Below, piece after piece: positions 1 through 11,980 of a stretch of DNA of 64,000 nucleotides. The notes beneath the pieces were generated by a model that was given only the letters and a program-made list of their open reading frames with translations, made no database searches and was not told the DNA's origin. Position 1 is the first letter of the stretch, and each line of letters opens with the position of its first letter. The stretch is from Chiloscyllium plagiosum (Eukaryota), in NCBI RefSeq assembly GCF_004010195.1, contig NC_057720.1:13938363-14002362 (forward strand). Direction: 5' to 3'. The position numbers and the translations under genes were made by a program.

Positions 1-31
1 TCTTAGCCTGCTTGGCACACTTTCCTCATTC

Positions 32-59
32 CTGAAGAAGGGCTCATGCCCGAAACGTC
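32..59 (+). ncRNA. Minimal type-I hammerhead ribozyme motif in PLE terminus (family A)
   Basis: CTGAAGA-A-GGGC(TCAT)GCCC-GAAAC-GTC; core and stem II intact. Confidence 0.7.
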
Positions 60-124
60 AATTCTCCTGCTCCTTGGATGCTGCCTGACCTGCTGCGCTT
101 TTCCAGCATCACATTTTCAGCTCA

Positions 125-370
125 TTCTCTGTAACCCTTGGTTCCCTGACTGATCAGGAATCTATCTATCTCAGCCTTAAATATAAACAAGGACTCTGCC
201 CTACATCTGTCTGTGGCAATGAGATCCAAAGAGTCACAACCCTCTGAGAGAAGAAATTCCTCCGCATCTCAATCTTAAATTATTCTGAGACTAAGCCCTC
301 TGGTCCTAGACTCCCCCATGAGGGGAAACATCTCTCATCATTTACCCTGTCAAGCCCCTTCAGAACCTTA
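125..370 (-). mobile_element. CR1-type LINE 3' fragment
   Basis: Reverse complement resembles the + strand CR1 3' end at 10365-10730 (gagaagaaattcctcc, tcagccttaaatata). Confidence 0.7.
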
Positions 371-659
371 AAGTTGTCTAATATCTAAAGTTGGCAGGGT
401 ATTTGCATATTTGAACCTGTTGTATTCAGTCATGTTATGCTGCTCTCATAAGTCAACATGTCTTGAGCAGTGCACTAGAGTCTGCACCTCAGTGGCCCAT
501 AACTGGATAAAAGTCACTTTAAGGAGTTGCAACTCATTGCCATTCTCGAGGTAGCTTCCTACAGCAAACAACAGGCATTAAAAATTAAAACTGAGGATGA
601 CAACAGAATTGGTTCTGTGTTTTATAAAGAAGAAAAAAGGTTATGGCAAAAGGTGGAAG

Positions 660-1120
660 CAATGGCCTCATGGTATTATCGCTGGACTGTTAATTCAGAC
701 ACTATTCCGGGACACCCCCCGCCCCCACAGCATCTGGATTAAGGGTAGAACAGTGATGATGACCGTGAATCCATTGTTGATTGTCAAGAAAAAAACACAT
801 CTGGTTCACTAATGCCCTTTCGTGAAGGAAACTGCCATCTTTACCTCATCTGATCAGGTGGTGGAGAGTCAATGTTTCAGGCGTAACCCTTCTTCAGGTT
901 ACTCTCCACCTCTTCATGGTGTTGGCTTGCTGTGATCTTTCAGCCTCTTTCCTGTCTACTTTGGATTTCAGAATCTGTAGATTTTTTTGTCTCTAACCAT
1001 CTTTACCTGGTTTGGCCTACATGTGACTCCAGACCCTCAGCAATGTGGTTGATCCTTAACTGCCTTCTAGGCATTTAGGGATGGGCAATAACTGCTGTCC
1101 TAGCCAGTGACACCCTTCAA
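660..1120 (+). mobile_element. tRNA-derived SINE (family sharing its 3' tail with a CR1/L2-group LINE), interrupted by a PLE fragment near 855-1000
   Basis: Same body (catctggttcactaatg...ctacatgtgactccagacc...gggatgggcaata) recurs at ~9820, 16590, 18300(-), 25645, 27175(-), 52225, 61255(-), 62850. Confidence 0.65.
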
Positions 1121-1686
1121 GAAAATGACAGTTGAAGCACTGACACAGGCATATCAGGTTGAATTGCTTTCTGTTCTTCTATAATTTATTGTAAAACGTA
1201 GGTCTGGGGTAAAGAAACTTCTGATTAAGGAGACGCTCGACTGTTTAACAAATCCTCACAGATTTCTTTTCTATTTGCTATATTTCTTCATCTGTTTGAT
1301 GAGCTCTTTCATTTTATTTTCCAAATGCTGCCTGGTTCTCTCATGGGCTATGAACATGTTACAGCTTTAGAAATGTAGAAATACAGAAAATCAGAGCAGG
1401 AGTAGGCCATTCAGCCCTTAATTCAACCCTGCCCAATCTAGTATGAGATTCCACTCTGCATCAATTAGAGAGCTTGCTGGCAGATGTATGAGCCTAGTGA
1501 AAGTTGCCAAGGTTAATAGCCCAGGACATTTTACGAAGGTAAATCATCTTTTTCTTGTTTCACGGGATGTGGGCATCACTAGCAAGGCCAATATTTATTG
1601 GCTAACCCTAATTGCTCTTGGCAATGTGGTGGTGGGCTAACTTCATGAAACGCTAAATTGTAGTGGCTTAAGTACAGCCACACTGC

Positions 1687-2399
1687 TGTTATGAAGATGT
1701 GGGTGTACTGTACCTTTAAGAAAGTTACAAGCTAGCAGAACTACCTGATACAGCACCAAGTGTTCTGAACAAGATATATTGTAACCTTTTGGTCCAGCAG
1801 CTAGTGTAGCTGGTTGCCTGGAGATGACAAAACAAGTTCAAATTTGGCCAATCAGTTTAAATAATACCCCAAAAACTATCAAACTCCAATCAAGTTTGAA
1901 TTGAGTATATTGACAATCTTAAAACCCATGACACAATCTGATGCTTTGGGAGTAGAAGACCAAAAAAGCCTGAACAGTTGAGGGAGAACTGCCAAGCCAC
2001 CAACATGTGCAGACTGCCCAATAATAGCTCTCTTAAAGGTACCTTTATCGATCAGTGACTTGTGAAACAGAAATCCCTGAGAAGAAGAAAAGAAGACAGA
2101 GGAAGATATGAAGAGAAGATTCGGCAGCTGGCTGGTTTTGAAATTTGAATTTTGGTAAATCATAATTGGGGATTTATCGGACTAGTATTATAGAAGGGAA
2201 AGTAAAAGATAGATTAGAGGAAGACTTTCTAAATAGTTGTTCGTTAATTATTCTCTGTTATACCTCAAGAAATAAAGTTGTTAATTTTTACTTTAAATAG
2301 TTCTTAGCCTCTTGAATTTTCACAGATTACTGCACGGGATAAATCTTTTCTGTGTTGCTGGTTTAAATTAACCAGGGGGGTTGACCCCATGTCGTAACA
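1687..2399 (+). mobile_element. Solo LTR
   Basis: TG...CA ends with terminal inverted repeat TGTTATGA/TCGTAACA; AATAAA at 2271; splits an older repeat; TSD not clear. Confidence 0.65.
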
Positions 2400-2915
2400 G
2401 TTGTTAGGCAGAATTCTGACTCATTCAAGGAAGAACAGGCAAATATAGTTCCAAGTCAGGATGGTATGTCTTGGACAGGAACTTACAGGTGGTGATGTTC
2501 TAATACATCTGTCCGTCAAGGTGATAAATTTTATGAGTTTGGAAGATGTCGTCCAGAGGCATGGTGAGTTACGGTAGCGTAGCTTGTCTATAGCACATAC
2601 TGTTGTCACTTTGTTGGTGGTGGAGGGAATGAACGTTGACGTTAGTGGAAGGGAAGTTGGTCAAAAAGGTTGTATTGTCTTCTATGGTGTCGAGCTTCTT
2701 GAGCGTTTTTGGAGATGGACTCATTCAGGCAAGTGAAGAGTATCCCATCGAACTTGTGCCTTGTAAATGGTGGACAGGCTTTGGGAAGTCAGGAAGTAAG
2801 TTACCCATCCCAGAATCCTCAGGTTCTCACCTGCTCTTGGAACCATATATTGAATACTGCTGGTTTTGTTCCTGGTAGATGGCAGCCACCAGGATGTTAA
2901 GAGTGGGAATTCATG
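2400..2915 (-). mobile_element. CR1/L2-group LINE 3' fragment (same family as 51400-52130)
   Basis: Similar to 51590-52020 (ccaagtcaggatgg...tggacaggctttgggaagtcag). Confidence 0.6.
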
Positions 2916-3129
2916 CAGAGCCTTAAATTTCAACTAAATTCATTTTGTTGTTATTTGACACTGAAATCTTAGCGGGACTTCACGTAGCAAATCATTCCAA
3001 ACATTGGAGTTGGATGGAGTTACTTCCATTCATTCCCATGATCAGACTATGTTTGTGACAAAGAAACATTTGACACCTCTCTGGTGCCAAAAGCAATGAG
3101 TCTTTCAAAATTAAAATACAATCTAATAC

Positions 3130-3625
3130 AGTAGGTGCTGGATAACTGAAATATAAAAAATAAAGAAAGCGCTGGAGAAACTCAGCAGGTCAGGCAGTAT
3201 CAATGGAGAGAGAAACAAAGTGAGCTTTTCAAGTTCAATATGGCTGTCCTTCAAAACTGAAAGGAGCTGAAAAATGGTGATTTATGTATTGTGGATGGTG
3301 GGAGAGGAGGAGTAAATGGAACAGATTGTGATGATGCACAGAGCAAAAGACAATGGGAGTGATAATGGTGGCAAAGGAGTGATAGAGATGTAAAATAGGT
3401 GTAAATATTAGCTATGAAAATGACAAAATGGTCTCCTCCGTTGAGAGCAAAACTAACAAATTACTAACAAGACTTGGCCAGAGGTGGGTGGGGGAGCGAA
3501 ATGGAGTACAGGGTCATACTCCGCAGTTGTGGAAGTCAATATTGAGTTCCAGATGGTAAACAGCCGAAGCAGAACAATGAGGTGCTGTTCCTCAGGTTTG
3601 TGTTGTACTTCAATGGAACACTGTA
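3130..3625 (-). mobile_element. PLE 3' fragment (GIY-YIG C-terminus plus family C terminus)
   Basis: Minus-strand translation includes PEEQHLI, like the PLE EEQHLIFRLGT motif; terminus gctggagaaactcagcaggtcaggcag. Confidence 0.55.
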
Positions 3626-4403
3626 GCAGGCCAAGAATTAAAACTGTTAGCATGGGAGTATGGTGGCTTATCAATCTGGCAAGCAACTGGAAGGTAGGGG
3701 TTGTTCCTACAGATCTTATAGGAATGGGGTCAGGAATCCCAGTATCACGTCCAAGCCCCGTTTTTACACCTCTGCTAGAGTGTCCTGGCTCCAACCCATA
3801 ATCAATCCGATACAGATGGCAAGGTGAATGGTCATAATAGAGAACACACTGATTCAAAATATTACCAAGCCTTCACTCTATTTATTGAGAACATCTCAAC
3901 ATTCTTGGTTTTCATAGCACAAGGAGATAGGAAATGGGAAGACAAAGACCACTCACAGGCCTGGGACTGGCGTTAACTTATCAGACCCCCCTGCCCTATT
4001 CACCTATTATTGTGCATAACCACAAAAACATTCTGCACGGTATATAATAAAGTCATTCCTGTCTCTCCTATCTTTAGTACAGCTGCATACATTTCCCTCC
4101 AGCACTGTCTGTGATTCCGAGTAAACGCTGGCAAATTGCATTCACCATCATTCATGCAAACAACCCAGTAGGTGCACCTAATGAATCTGATAAGGTGCCA
4201 CTGGATGAGTCAGTCCATACAAGGGAGGAGAGGTAAATGGGCCTGTTAGAGTGACAGCAGGAAGCTGCTACACAGATGGTCTCAATAGTGCCAATAATGG
4301 CCCGCTACATTTCGAGTAGCCCAGCAATTGGATGAACCTGTACAGATTTGCCATGAGGCTCTTGCTCTTCACGGGATGAAGAGAATTCATCAGCCTTTGT
4401 GCA

Positions 4404-4720
4404 ATTTACACTACATGCAGCATCTGAAAAGTTAAGAGCATTGTGGAAGACCCCACACATCCCTCATTCAAACTCTTCTCCCTCCTGCCATCTGGCAGAA
4501 GATACCAGACCATATGGTCTCTCACGGCCAGACTGTGCAACAGTTTCTTCCCCTGAGCCATCAGGCTCCGTAACACTGTATGATCAGACTCTATTCCATC
4601 TGAAACTCCTTGCACAACTTTGAATTGTTGCTAGAACAGGTTTTATTAATTATCATTCTTTTATTACACTGTACTTTGTACACCTCTGTGCCTATTGTCT
4701 TGACATGTCACAGCTAAGGC
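4404..4720 (+). mobile_element. Rex1/Babar-type LINE 3' fragment
   Basis: Translates IYTTCSI*KVKSIVEDPTHPSFKLFSLLPSGRRYQTIWSLTARLCNSFFP*AIRL, the typical C-terminal LLPSGRRY...NSFFP motif. Confidence 0.75.
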
Positions 4721-4740
4721 CAAAACATTGCAACTTGTCA

Positions 4741-4936
4741 GAAGGGGGTACTGCAGATGCTGGAGATTAGAGTCAAGATTAGAGCGGTGCTGGAAAAGCA
4801 CAGCAGGTCAGGCAGCATCCGAGGAGCAGGAAAATCAACATTTGCTGATGAAGGGCTTTTGCCTGAAACATCAATTTGCCTGCACCTCAGATGCTGCCTG
4901 ACTTGCTGTGTTTTCCAGCACCACTCTGATCTTGAC
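4741..4936. mobile_element. Inverted pair of PLE family A termini with a hammerhead motif at 4845-4872
   Basis: gtgctggaaaagcacagcaggtcaggcagcatc is mirrored by gatgctgcctgacttgctgtgttttccagcac; both flanks contain caacttgt. Confidence 0.75.
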
Positions 4937-5428
4937 ACTACAACTTGTGTCTAGCAACTGACTGTGGAGGCACCTCTCTTCTATCATTGCCAGGTATCAA
5001 TGCCTAGGCTGGTGGGCATGCTTGGTGGCAAAACACTGGGTTTAGATGGACTACTTCTGGTCTAACTTAATCTTCCTGGCATGCATCTTTTATTCTTCTT
5101 CCCATCCAATGCAACAGCAGAATGACAAAACCAAACATGTCTCAAAGTGATCCTTTACCAAGCAATAACCCTGATGACTAATATTCAGCACCTGCTTTCA
5201 CCTGAAAAAGTGCTTTGGAACATTTTTGTTACATTAAAGGCATAATAAATATTAGGATCTGGATATGTAGGATGTGGTTATTTACTGCCTATCTCTACTT
5301 GTTAGATTGTTGTATGAAGTTAGAATAGTTTTGGTAAGCTATTAAATACTCTAACTTTATTATAGCATATGTACGTTTATGAGGATGCTCTTTGACAAGA
5401 TTTTTTCCACTCTACTTTCTCTTGGATA

Positions 5429-5562
5429 TGAGGTAAAAACAATGACTGCAGATGCTGGAAACCAGATTCTGGATCAGTGGTGCTGGAAGAGCACAGCAAT
5501 TCAGGCAGCATCCGAGGACAGGCAAAATCGACGTTTCGGGCAAAAGCCCTTCATCAGGAATG
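5429..5562 (-). mobile_element. Short PLE family A terminal insert with 12-bp TSD
   Basis: TTCTCTTGGATA at 5417-5428 and 5563-5574. Confidence 0.8.
5530..5557 (-). ncRNA. Minimal type-I hammerhead ribozyme motif (family A, intact core)
   Basis: Reverse complement CTGATGA-A-GGGC(TTTT)GCCC-GAAAC-GTC. Confidence 0.75.
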
Positions 5563-5607
5563 TTCTCTTGGATACTCCAATCACATGAGTGAATGGCAAC
5601 CAGTACA

Positions 5608-6438
5608 ATGTGAGATTTGAATAAACAGATAGCCCAAAGTTCAGGAAGCAAGAATACTTTATTCCGCTGGCAACAAGTCATTCCAAACATGAAGGGTACT
5701 TGTGACTAAGCAATGAAGGCACAATATTGACATGGAATTATGCCTAACCCTAAGGAAATCCTTTTTCTATCTGATCCTTCTACTCCTAAGGCTTCCTCTC
5801 CCCGTAGCCACCCTTTCTTCCAAAGAGGGTCCATTCAACTCCTCCAGCTGCACTGCCCAATGCCCTCCCTTGTGATCGCCATCTGCTGCTGGAGGTCCTG
5901 CACAACTGCCCCAGCACCCCCTTGTTCAGTGCCTGTCCCAGCACCATCTCACTATTGGCACCTGCTACTACAATAACATCCTTCCCTCCTTGAGTCTTGC
6001 TCTCTCACTACAGCAACTACACAGAGAACGCAGCAACCCACTGCGTGATTTGCAGCCACAATATTGCCATGGTGATTAGAATGTGCAGGGCCACCCTAGA
6101 GGCAGCACTCGTTTCTTGCTTCACTGATCTGGGCAAATAGTAAGTGTTGATATCTGATATTTCCTCTGGGTTTGTCACCTGTACTTATGCTCTCCCATGG
6201 GATCCAGGCTCTGTGGTGGATCGCTCATGTAAGGGTATGGGTTGGTTAGTTCTCCAGGAGAGTCATGGGTTCAGCAGCATTTGTTGCTTTCCAGTGGGTT
6301 ATTCCTGTGCCAGGAAGTGCAGGAGTAGGCCTCTCTAGAGTCGATGCAACCCCTGGATGTGAGATTTGAATAAACAGACAGCCCAAAGTTCAGGAAGCAA
6401 GAATACTTTATTCCGCTGGCAACAAGTCATTCCAAACA
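5608..6438 (+). repeat. 82-bp dispersed direct repeat (5608-5689 and 6357-6438)
   Basis: atgtgagatttgaataaacag...tcattccaaaca occurs twice with one mismatch. Confidence 0.9.
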
Positions 6439-7109
6439 CCACAGGTTACTCGAGGAATTCTCATCATTATCCGACTCCACTTTCGCTCAAGCCATTGCAC
6501 ACCGATATTTCACGTTCCATAACATCTATGACTGAGCTGCTAACTTCCATATCACCTTGGTCAGTTCCCTGCTATCAACCATTTTCTGAGGCTGCACTCC
6601 AAATATTGGTTCCAAGTACATAGGTATAACCAGTTATATCCATCCATTTGATGACTCAGTCGTGTTCAGTGTCCTACACATCTTGTATCTTATTCTGACG
6701 CCTGACATTCTGGTTTTGAGGAATATTCTTGGAAAGTGGAAGGTCAGCTCTGTCAGTCATGTGACGTTTCAATGTTTTTCTTGTCGCGCTTCTCTCTGTG
6801 TCCTCATGGACACCATTTTGAATACCTGGCTTAGCCTCATGTGATGCTCAGCTCTCCACTCATTGATCTGGCCAGACCCAACAGAAAGTGTGGTCAGCCC
6901 ACAGGACATGGTCCTCAAGAAGGACTGGATCTTGTCCAAAATAGAGATAGCGTGGAGAAAAGCCAGTGGATGAGTATGGGGTGCTATTATAATTGTAAAC
7001 TCCAGATGGTATTTAGACCAATTTTGTTCTCTGTCAAGAGGCAAATTGTGCTGATGGGCATGCAGAGTCCACTTGAATCACTCACAATGTCCATTGTCCT
7101 CAGAATTGG

Positions 7110-7418
7110 GGGTGGCACTGCTGCCTCACAGCACCAGGGACCAAGGTTCAATTCTAGCCTTGGGCAACTGTCTGTGTGGAGTTTGCACATTCTCCCTTTG
7201 TCTATTTGGGTTTTCTCTGGGTTCTCTGATTTCCTCCCACAGTGCACTTTAGGTGGATTGGCTATGTTAAATTGCCCATAGTGTGCATGGATATGCAGGC
7301 TAGGTGGGATAGCCCTGGGAAATGCAGGGATGGGTTTGGGTGGGATGCTCTTCAGAGGGTATGTAAGGACTCAATGGGACAAACGGCCTGCTTCTACACT
7401 GTAGGGAGTCTATGATTC
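7110..7418 (+). mobile_element. HE1-like tRNA-derived SINE
   Basis: gcactgctgcctcacagcaccaggga, B box ggttcaattc, gtctgtgtggagtttgcacattctcc body, CR1-like tail. Confidence 0.8.
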
Positions 7419-8069
7419 TGGACAATGCCATAGACCTTGCAAAGCTCCTGTAGTTTCTTGTTCTTGAAGCTGTGTCCCTCATCACTGTGGGATTCTGACA
7501 TGGAACACTGAAACAGACAAACCAATCATGTACTAACCACTCTGGCTGTAGTAGAGGCATTTTGGTCACTGGTGGGTTTGGCCTGTGTGAACTTGGTGAA
7601 GGTCTGTATTGGAATCTGGAATTGAAACTACCTGAGGGCAGCAACACTTTGGTTCCCTGTTGCCCCCAGCTTGAGGGATGTTTGAAATTAGCTGAGTGAG
7701 TTGTTGTCCCAAACTCTGCACTGGTCAGAATGTCTCCAAACTTCTGGGAAATATCCCACCTCAAAGCCAGGAGTTTGAGTTTCATACCAGAGTCATTGTT
7801 CATGCTCCTCAAGTTTTAGCAGGTGAATGTGATTGGCAGAAGCAATAAACACTCTTTTCTGCCAACAAACCTGTGACTGCAGCACTCCCAAACCAAGGAA
7901 ACTGGCTTCCTGCATGAAAGGGAATTCTGGGTAGCCAAGACAGATCTTGAAGTTCACAGCACACAGAGAAAGGCCCTTCAGCCCACTGGGTCTACGCCTC
8001 TCAAAAACAACCAACTAATTATTGACAGGACAAGTTTCTGCTCAAGGATACAAAAGGAATCTTCACATA

Positions 8070-9140
8070 CAGGTCCTTTTGCTACAAGGTGTGTTTCCTC
8101 AATGCTAATTCGCTATAACGCGATTGACAAATTGGAAACGCTATTTGTAAAAGTGCAAACTTTTAAAATGTGTATTGGCTGTAGTGTGATTATAGCGTCA
8201 ACACTTTCAGCTCTGTTTCTAAAGTGCGATTTTTCTATAACGCATGGTGGAACTTGATCAGATTGGCCATTGGGTTGAGGAGGGGAAGATACTGGAGTTT
8301 AATTTAGATAAATGTGAAGTGCTACATTTGGAAAGCCAAATCAGAGCAGGACTTATACATTTAATGGTAAGATCCTCACAAATGTTGCTGAACAAAGAGA
8401 CCTTGGAGTGTAGATTCATAGCTCCTTGAAAGTGGAGTTGCAGGTAGATAGGATAGTGATGAAGGCGATTAGTATGCTTTCCTTTATTAGTCAGAACATT
8501 GAGTATTGGAGTTGGGAGGCCATGTTGCAGCTGTACAGGACGTTGGTTAGGCAACTTTTTGAATATTGTGTGCAATTCTGGTCTCTCTACTATTGGAAGA
8601 ATGTTGTGAAACTTGAAAGGGTTCAGAAAAGATTTACAAGGATGTTGCCAGGGTTGGAGAGTTTGAGCTATAGTGAGAGACTGAATAGGCTGGGGCTGCT
8701 TTCCTTGGAGCCTTGGAGCCTTGGAGGCTGAGGGGTGACCTTATAGAGGTTTATAAAATCTTGAGGGGCATGGATAGGATAAGTAAACAAGGTCTTTTCA
8801 CTGGGGTGGAGGAGTCCAATACGAGAGGGCATAGGTGGAGGGTGATAGGGGGAAAGATATAAAAGAGACCTAAGGGGCAACCTTTTCATGCAGGGGGTGG
8901 TGTGTGTGTGGAATGAGCAGCCAGAGGAAGTGGTGGAGGCTGGTACAATTGCAACATTTAAAAGGCATCCGGATGGGTATATGAATAGGAAGGGTTTAGA
9001 GGGATATGGGCCATGTGCTGGCAAATGGGACTAGATTAGGTTAGGATATCTGGTCAGCATGGACGAGTTGGACTGTAGGATCTACTTCCGTGCTGAACAT
9101 CTCTATGACTCTAAGAACACAACTATAGAAGAACTGACTG
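8070..9140. mobile_element. Tc1/mariner-pogo-type MITE (8070-8243 and 9113-9140) split by a CR1 insertion
   Basis: TA-flanked CAG...CTG ends (ta|caggtc ... aagaactgactg|ta); internal ctataacgc repeats. Confidence 0.5.
8244..9112 (+). mobile_element. CR1 (HER1-like) LINE, 5'-truncated ORF2 end
   Basis: EFNLDKCEVLH, LYRTLVR..EYCVQFWS, LERVQKRFTRMLPGL; tail ctatgactct. Confidence 0.92.
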
Positions 9141-9819
9141 TACTGGGTCCAACTCCTTTGATACTCGGTGAAGCATCACGCCTTTCCAACCCTACCCTTT
9201 GCCATTCTCCTATCTCTTCAGCAGGTCATAGTTAGTACAGAACCTCACACAAATCTCAAACAGTAACCAGTTAGACTAAGGTGTCCATGCAGTTCCCTCT
9301 CTATCTTCGGCTGTGGGAGTAGTCTGCTCATCTTTCTATTGAAGGAGATTGAGAAAGTTCCCCCAGGGGAAAGTGTATCTCATTTGGCTTCATTTGGGAG
9401 AGTTTCATAAAATGTTCAGCTATTTCAGCTGAGTGCAGTCATAGAAATTTGACCAACAATTTTTTATTTCTAAATACGCAAAGTGTGCTTGAAGATCAAA
9501 ACTCAGAATTGAATGATGTGAAAACAGAAATCACACAAGAATTATTTACCAGCTCTTAATCTCAAGTGCATCCACATCACCTGGTATTCACATTAATCAA
9601 AGGGCAGTTTAACAGAATTTGCTGTTGATTTACAGCTTATCTGCTGAGTTTGTTCGTACACTTCCTACAGCTCTTGATTTGACTGATTTATTCCGTCTGG
9701 TTGCCTTTGGCTGGTTTTTCAGAATGCATGCATCTTGTCTGGATTGTGATAGAGTAAGTTGTGATAGTGTTATCGATGAGGGCTATAAAGAATCATTCCG
9801 CTCATGTATCCCAATAAAG

Positions 9820-10145
9820 GTGACAATGGGCTGGTGGTATCGTCGCTGGGCTAGTAATCTAGAGTCCTAGCTAATATTCTCAAGATATGAGTTCAAATCT
9901 TACCATGACAGCTGGTGAAACTTGAATTTAATAAAATGTGATTTTAAAAACACATTAGTCTAATGGTGATCATTGTCATAAAGACCCACATTGTTCATTA
10001 ATGCCCTCGAGAGAAGGAAATCTGCCAGCAATGCTGTTAACTCTTAACTGCCCTCAAAAATGGCCCCAGGCAGCCTCTCAGTTGAAGGGCAATTAGGGAT
10101 GAGCAAGAAATGCTGTTCTTGCCAGTGACAATTACAGCCCATGAA
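9820..10145 (+). mobile_element. tRNA-derived SINE (same family as 660-1120)
   Basis: ctagtaatctagag, gagttcaaatc B box, gggcaattagggatg tail. Confidence 0.65.
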
Positions 10146-10364
10146 AAGCCAAAACAGAGAAGGCCAGATAGACACATGAGGTGAGCAGTGTACATTCATG
10201 ACCACTCCAACTGGCTTATGTCTCCATGTGGAGACTCAACTCCTCATGTGTCTTTGTAAATAGATATTAAAAAAACAGGTTAGATAATTCCTGATGGGGC
10301 ATCGTCACAAAATGTCAAAAAGGCCAAAGGAACGTATGAAGAAAACTTACCAAGCCTAAATTAA

Positions 10365-10730
10365 AATATCAATAAAGATCCTTAAGGATCTTGACAGGGC
10401 AAATACTGGGAGGATGTTTCCCCTCATGGGAGAGGCTAGGATTAGAGGGCATAGTCTCAGAATAAAGGGGCTCCAATTTCAGACTGAGATGAGGAGGAAT
10501 TTCTTGTCTCAGAGGATTGTGAGTGTTTGGAACTCCTTGCCACAGATAGCTATGGGGGCAGAGTCCTTGTGTATACTTAAGGCTGAGATAGGAAGATTCT
10601 TGATAAGTCGAGAAATCAAGAGTTGGATGAAAGAATAGGAACTTAGACATGAGGAGTGCAGGACCATCCATAAACCTATTGAACTGTGAAGGAGATTCGA
10701 CAGGCCAAATAGCCTACTCCTGTTCATTTT
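10365..10730 (+). mobile_element. CR1 LINE 3' fragment
   Basis: MFPLMGEARIRGHSLRIKG...RRNFLSQRIVSVWNSLP. Confidence 0.85.
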
Positions 10731-11534
10731 TCTTGTTGTCTAATGACCTTATGGTCTTATTACCAGGGTGACAATGCACCCCAACTACCTGAGTCCCTAA
10801 AGGCCTACAAAGTGCTGACAGTCTCTGCGCGGTCTCTCTCCAGAGCCTCGTGTTTTGCTATGCTGTCAGTTACAAAACAGGAAGAAGTAGGATTTCTTGG
10901 ACCATGGCTGAAATAAGACTCTTTTTCCCTGGGAATTGAAGTGCAGCTGTATAACCTTTCGTGAGCAGCTTGTCTTCATCAGTTGTCACAGGGTGTACTC
11001 GAAAGAGCCCTGGCAGTTTAGTATTATCTTGCTAAATATTAAAGGACAATCTGATAAGACCAATTTGAAGCAATGTATGTTCATCAGTACATTTATGCGT
11101 TTAATTATTTCAAAATGCCAGCCTTCACATTTATTATAGAAATGGAAGATTATCTCACTCCCACTCAGCTCTGATATATTGTCCATTAAGTGCTTACGTT
11201 CCAATCCATTACTAGTTTATCAGATTCACTTCCAAGATTTATCTTCCAGTTCAAATTGATGATTAAAAATGAAGAGTTTTATTTTGGTGTGTTCTGCCAT
11301 CTAGATCAGCTCTCAACAGGGTCATGCAGTAGGTGCTGGGCCATGGAGGTGTGGGGGCTATTTCTTGCCAGTGTTGCATAAAGAAGGATTCAGGATATTT
11401 TCCTTCTTAAACCTCATGTTGATTTTTCCATTAACATGAGACCAAATATTCAGAGTATTTCTGTCTGATTACCACTGATCACAAACCAACTGTCTTTCTT
11501 CATACAAAATAAAACAAAGAACTGCCGATGTTGT

Positions 11535-11980
11535 TATCTTATAAAAGTATATAAGATCATGAGAGGCATGGATAGGGTGAATGCACTCAGTCTTCTTCCC
11601 AGGTTTAAGGAATCAAGGATTCGAGTTTAAGGTTAGAGGGGAAAGAATAAAAGGGAGCCCGTGGGGCAGCGTTTTTACACAGACAGTGCTACGCATATGG
11701 AATGAGCGGCCAGCGGAAGTGGTTGATTAACAACATTTAAAAGGCATTTGGACAAATACATGGATAGGAAAGGTTTAGAAAGATATGGGCCAAGTGCAGG
11801 GAAATGGGGTTAGTGTGGATGGACATTCCAGCATCTGCAGACCTCACTTTCTCTTAGAAAGATATGGGCCAAGTGCAGGGAAATGGGGTTAGTGTGGACG
11901 GACATTTTGGTTGGCATGGGCTAGTTTGGGCTGAAGGTCGTGTCTCCGCACTGTAGGACTCCATGACTCTATGACTCTAT
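11535..11980 (+). mobile_element. CR1 LINE 3' fragment carrying a 26-nt PLE micro-insert
   Basis: YKIMRGMDRV-like start; (atgactct)2 tail; 53-bp duplication at 11775-11827 and 11854-11906. Confidence 0.85.

Noticed and set aside
7300..7812. 170-aa minus-strand ORF
   Set aside because: C-terminus runs through an HE1-like SINE; no recognisable domain
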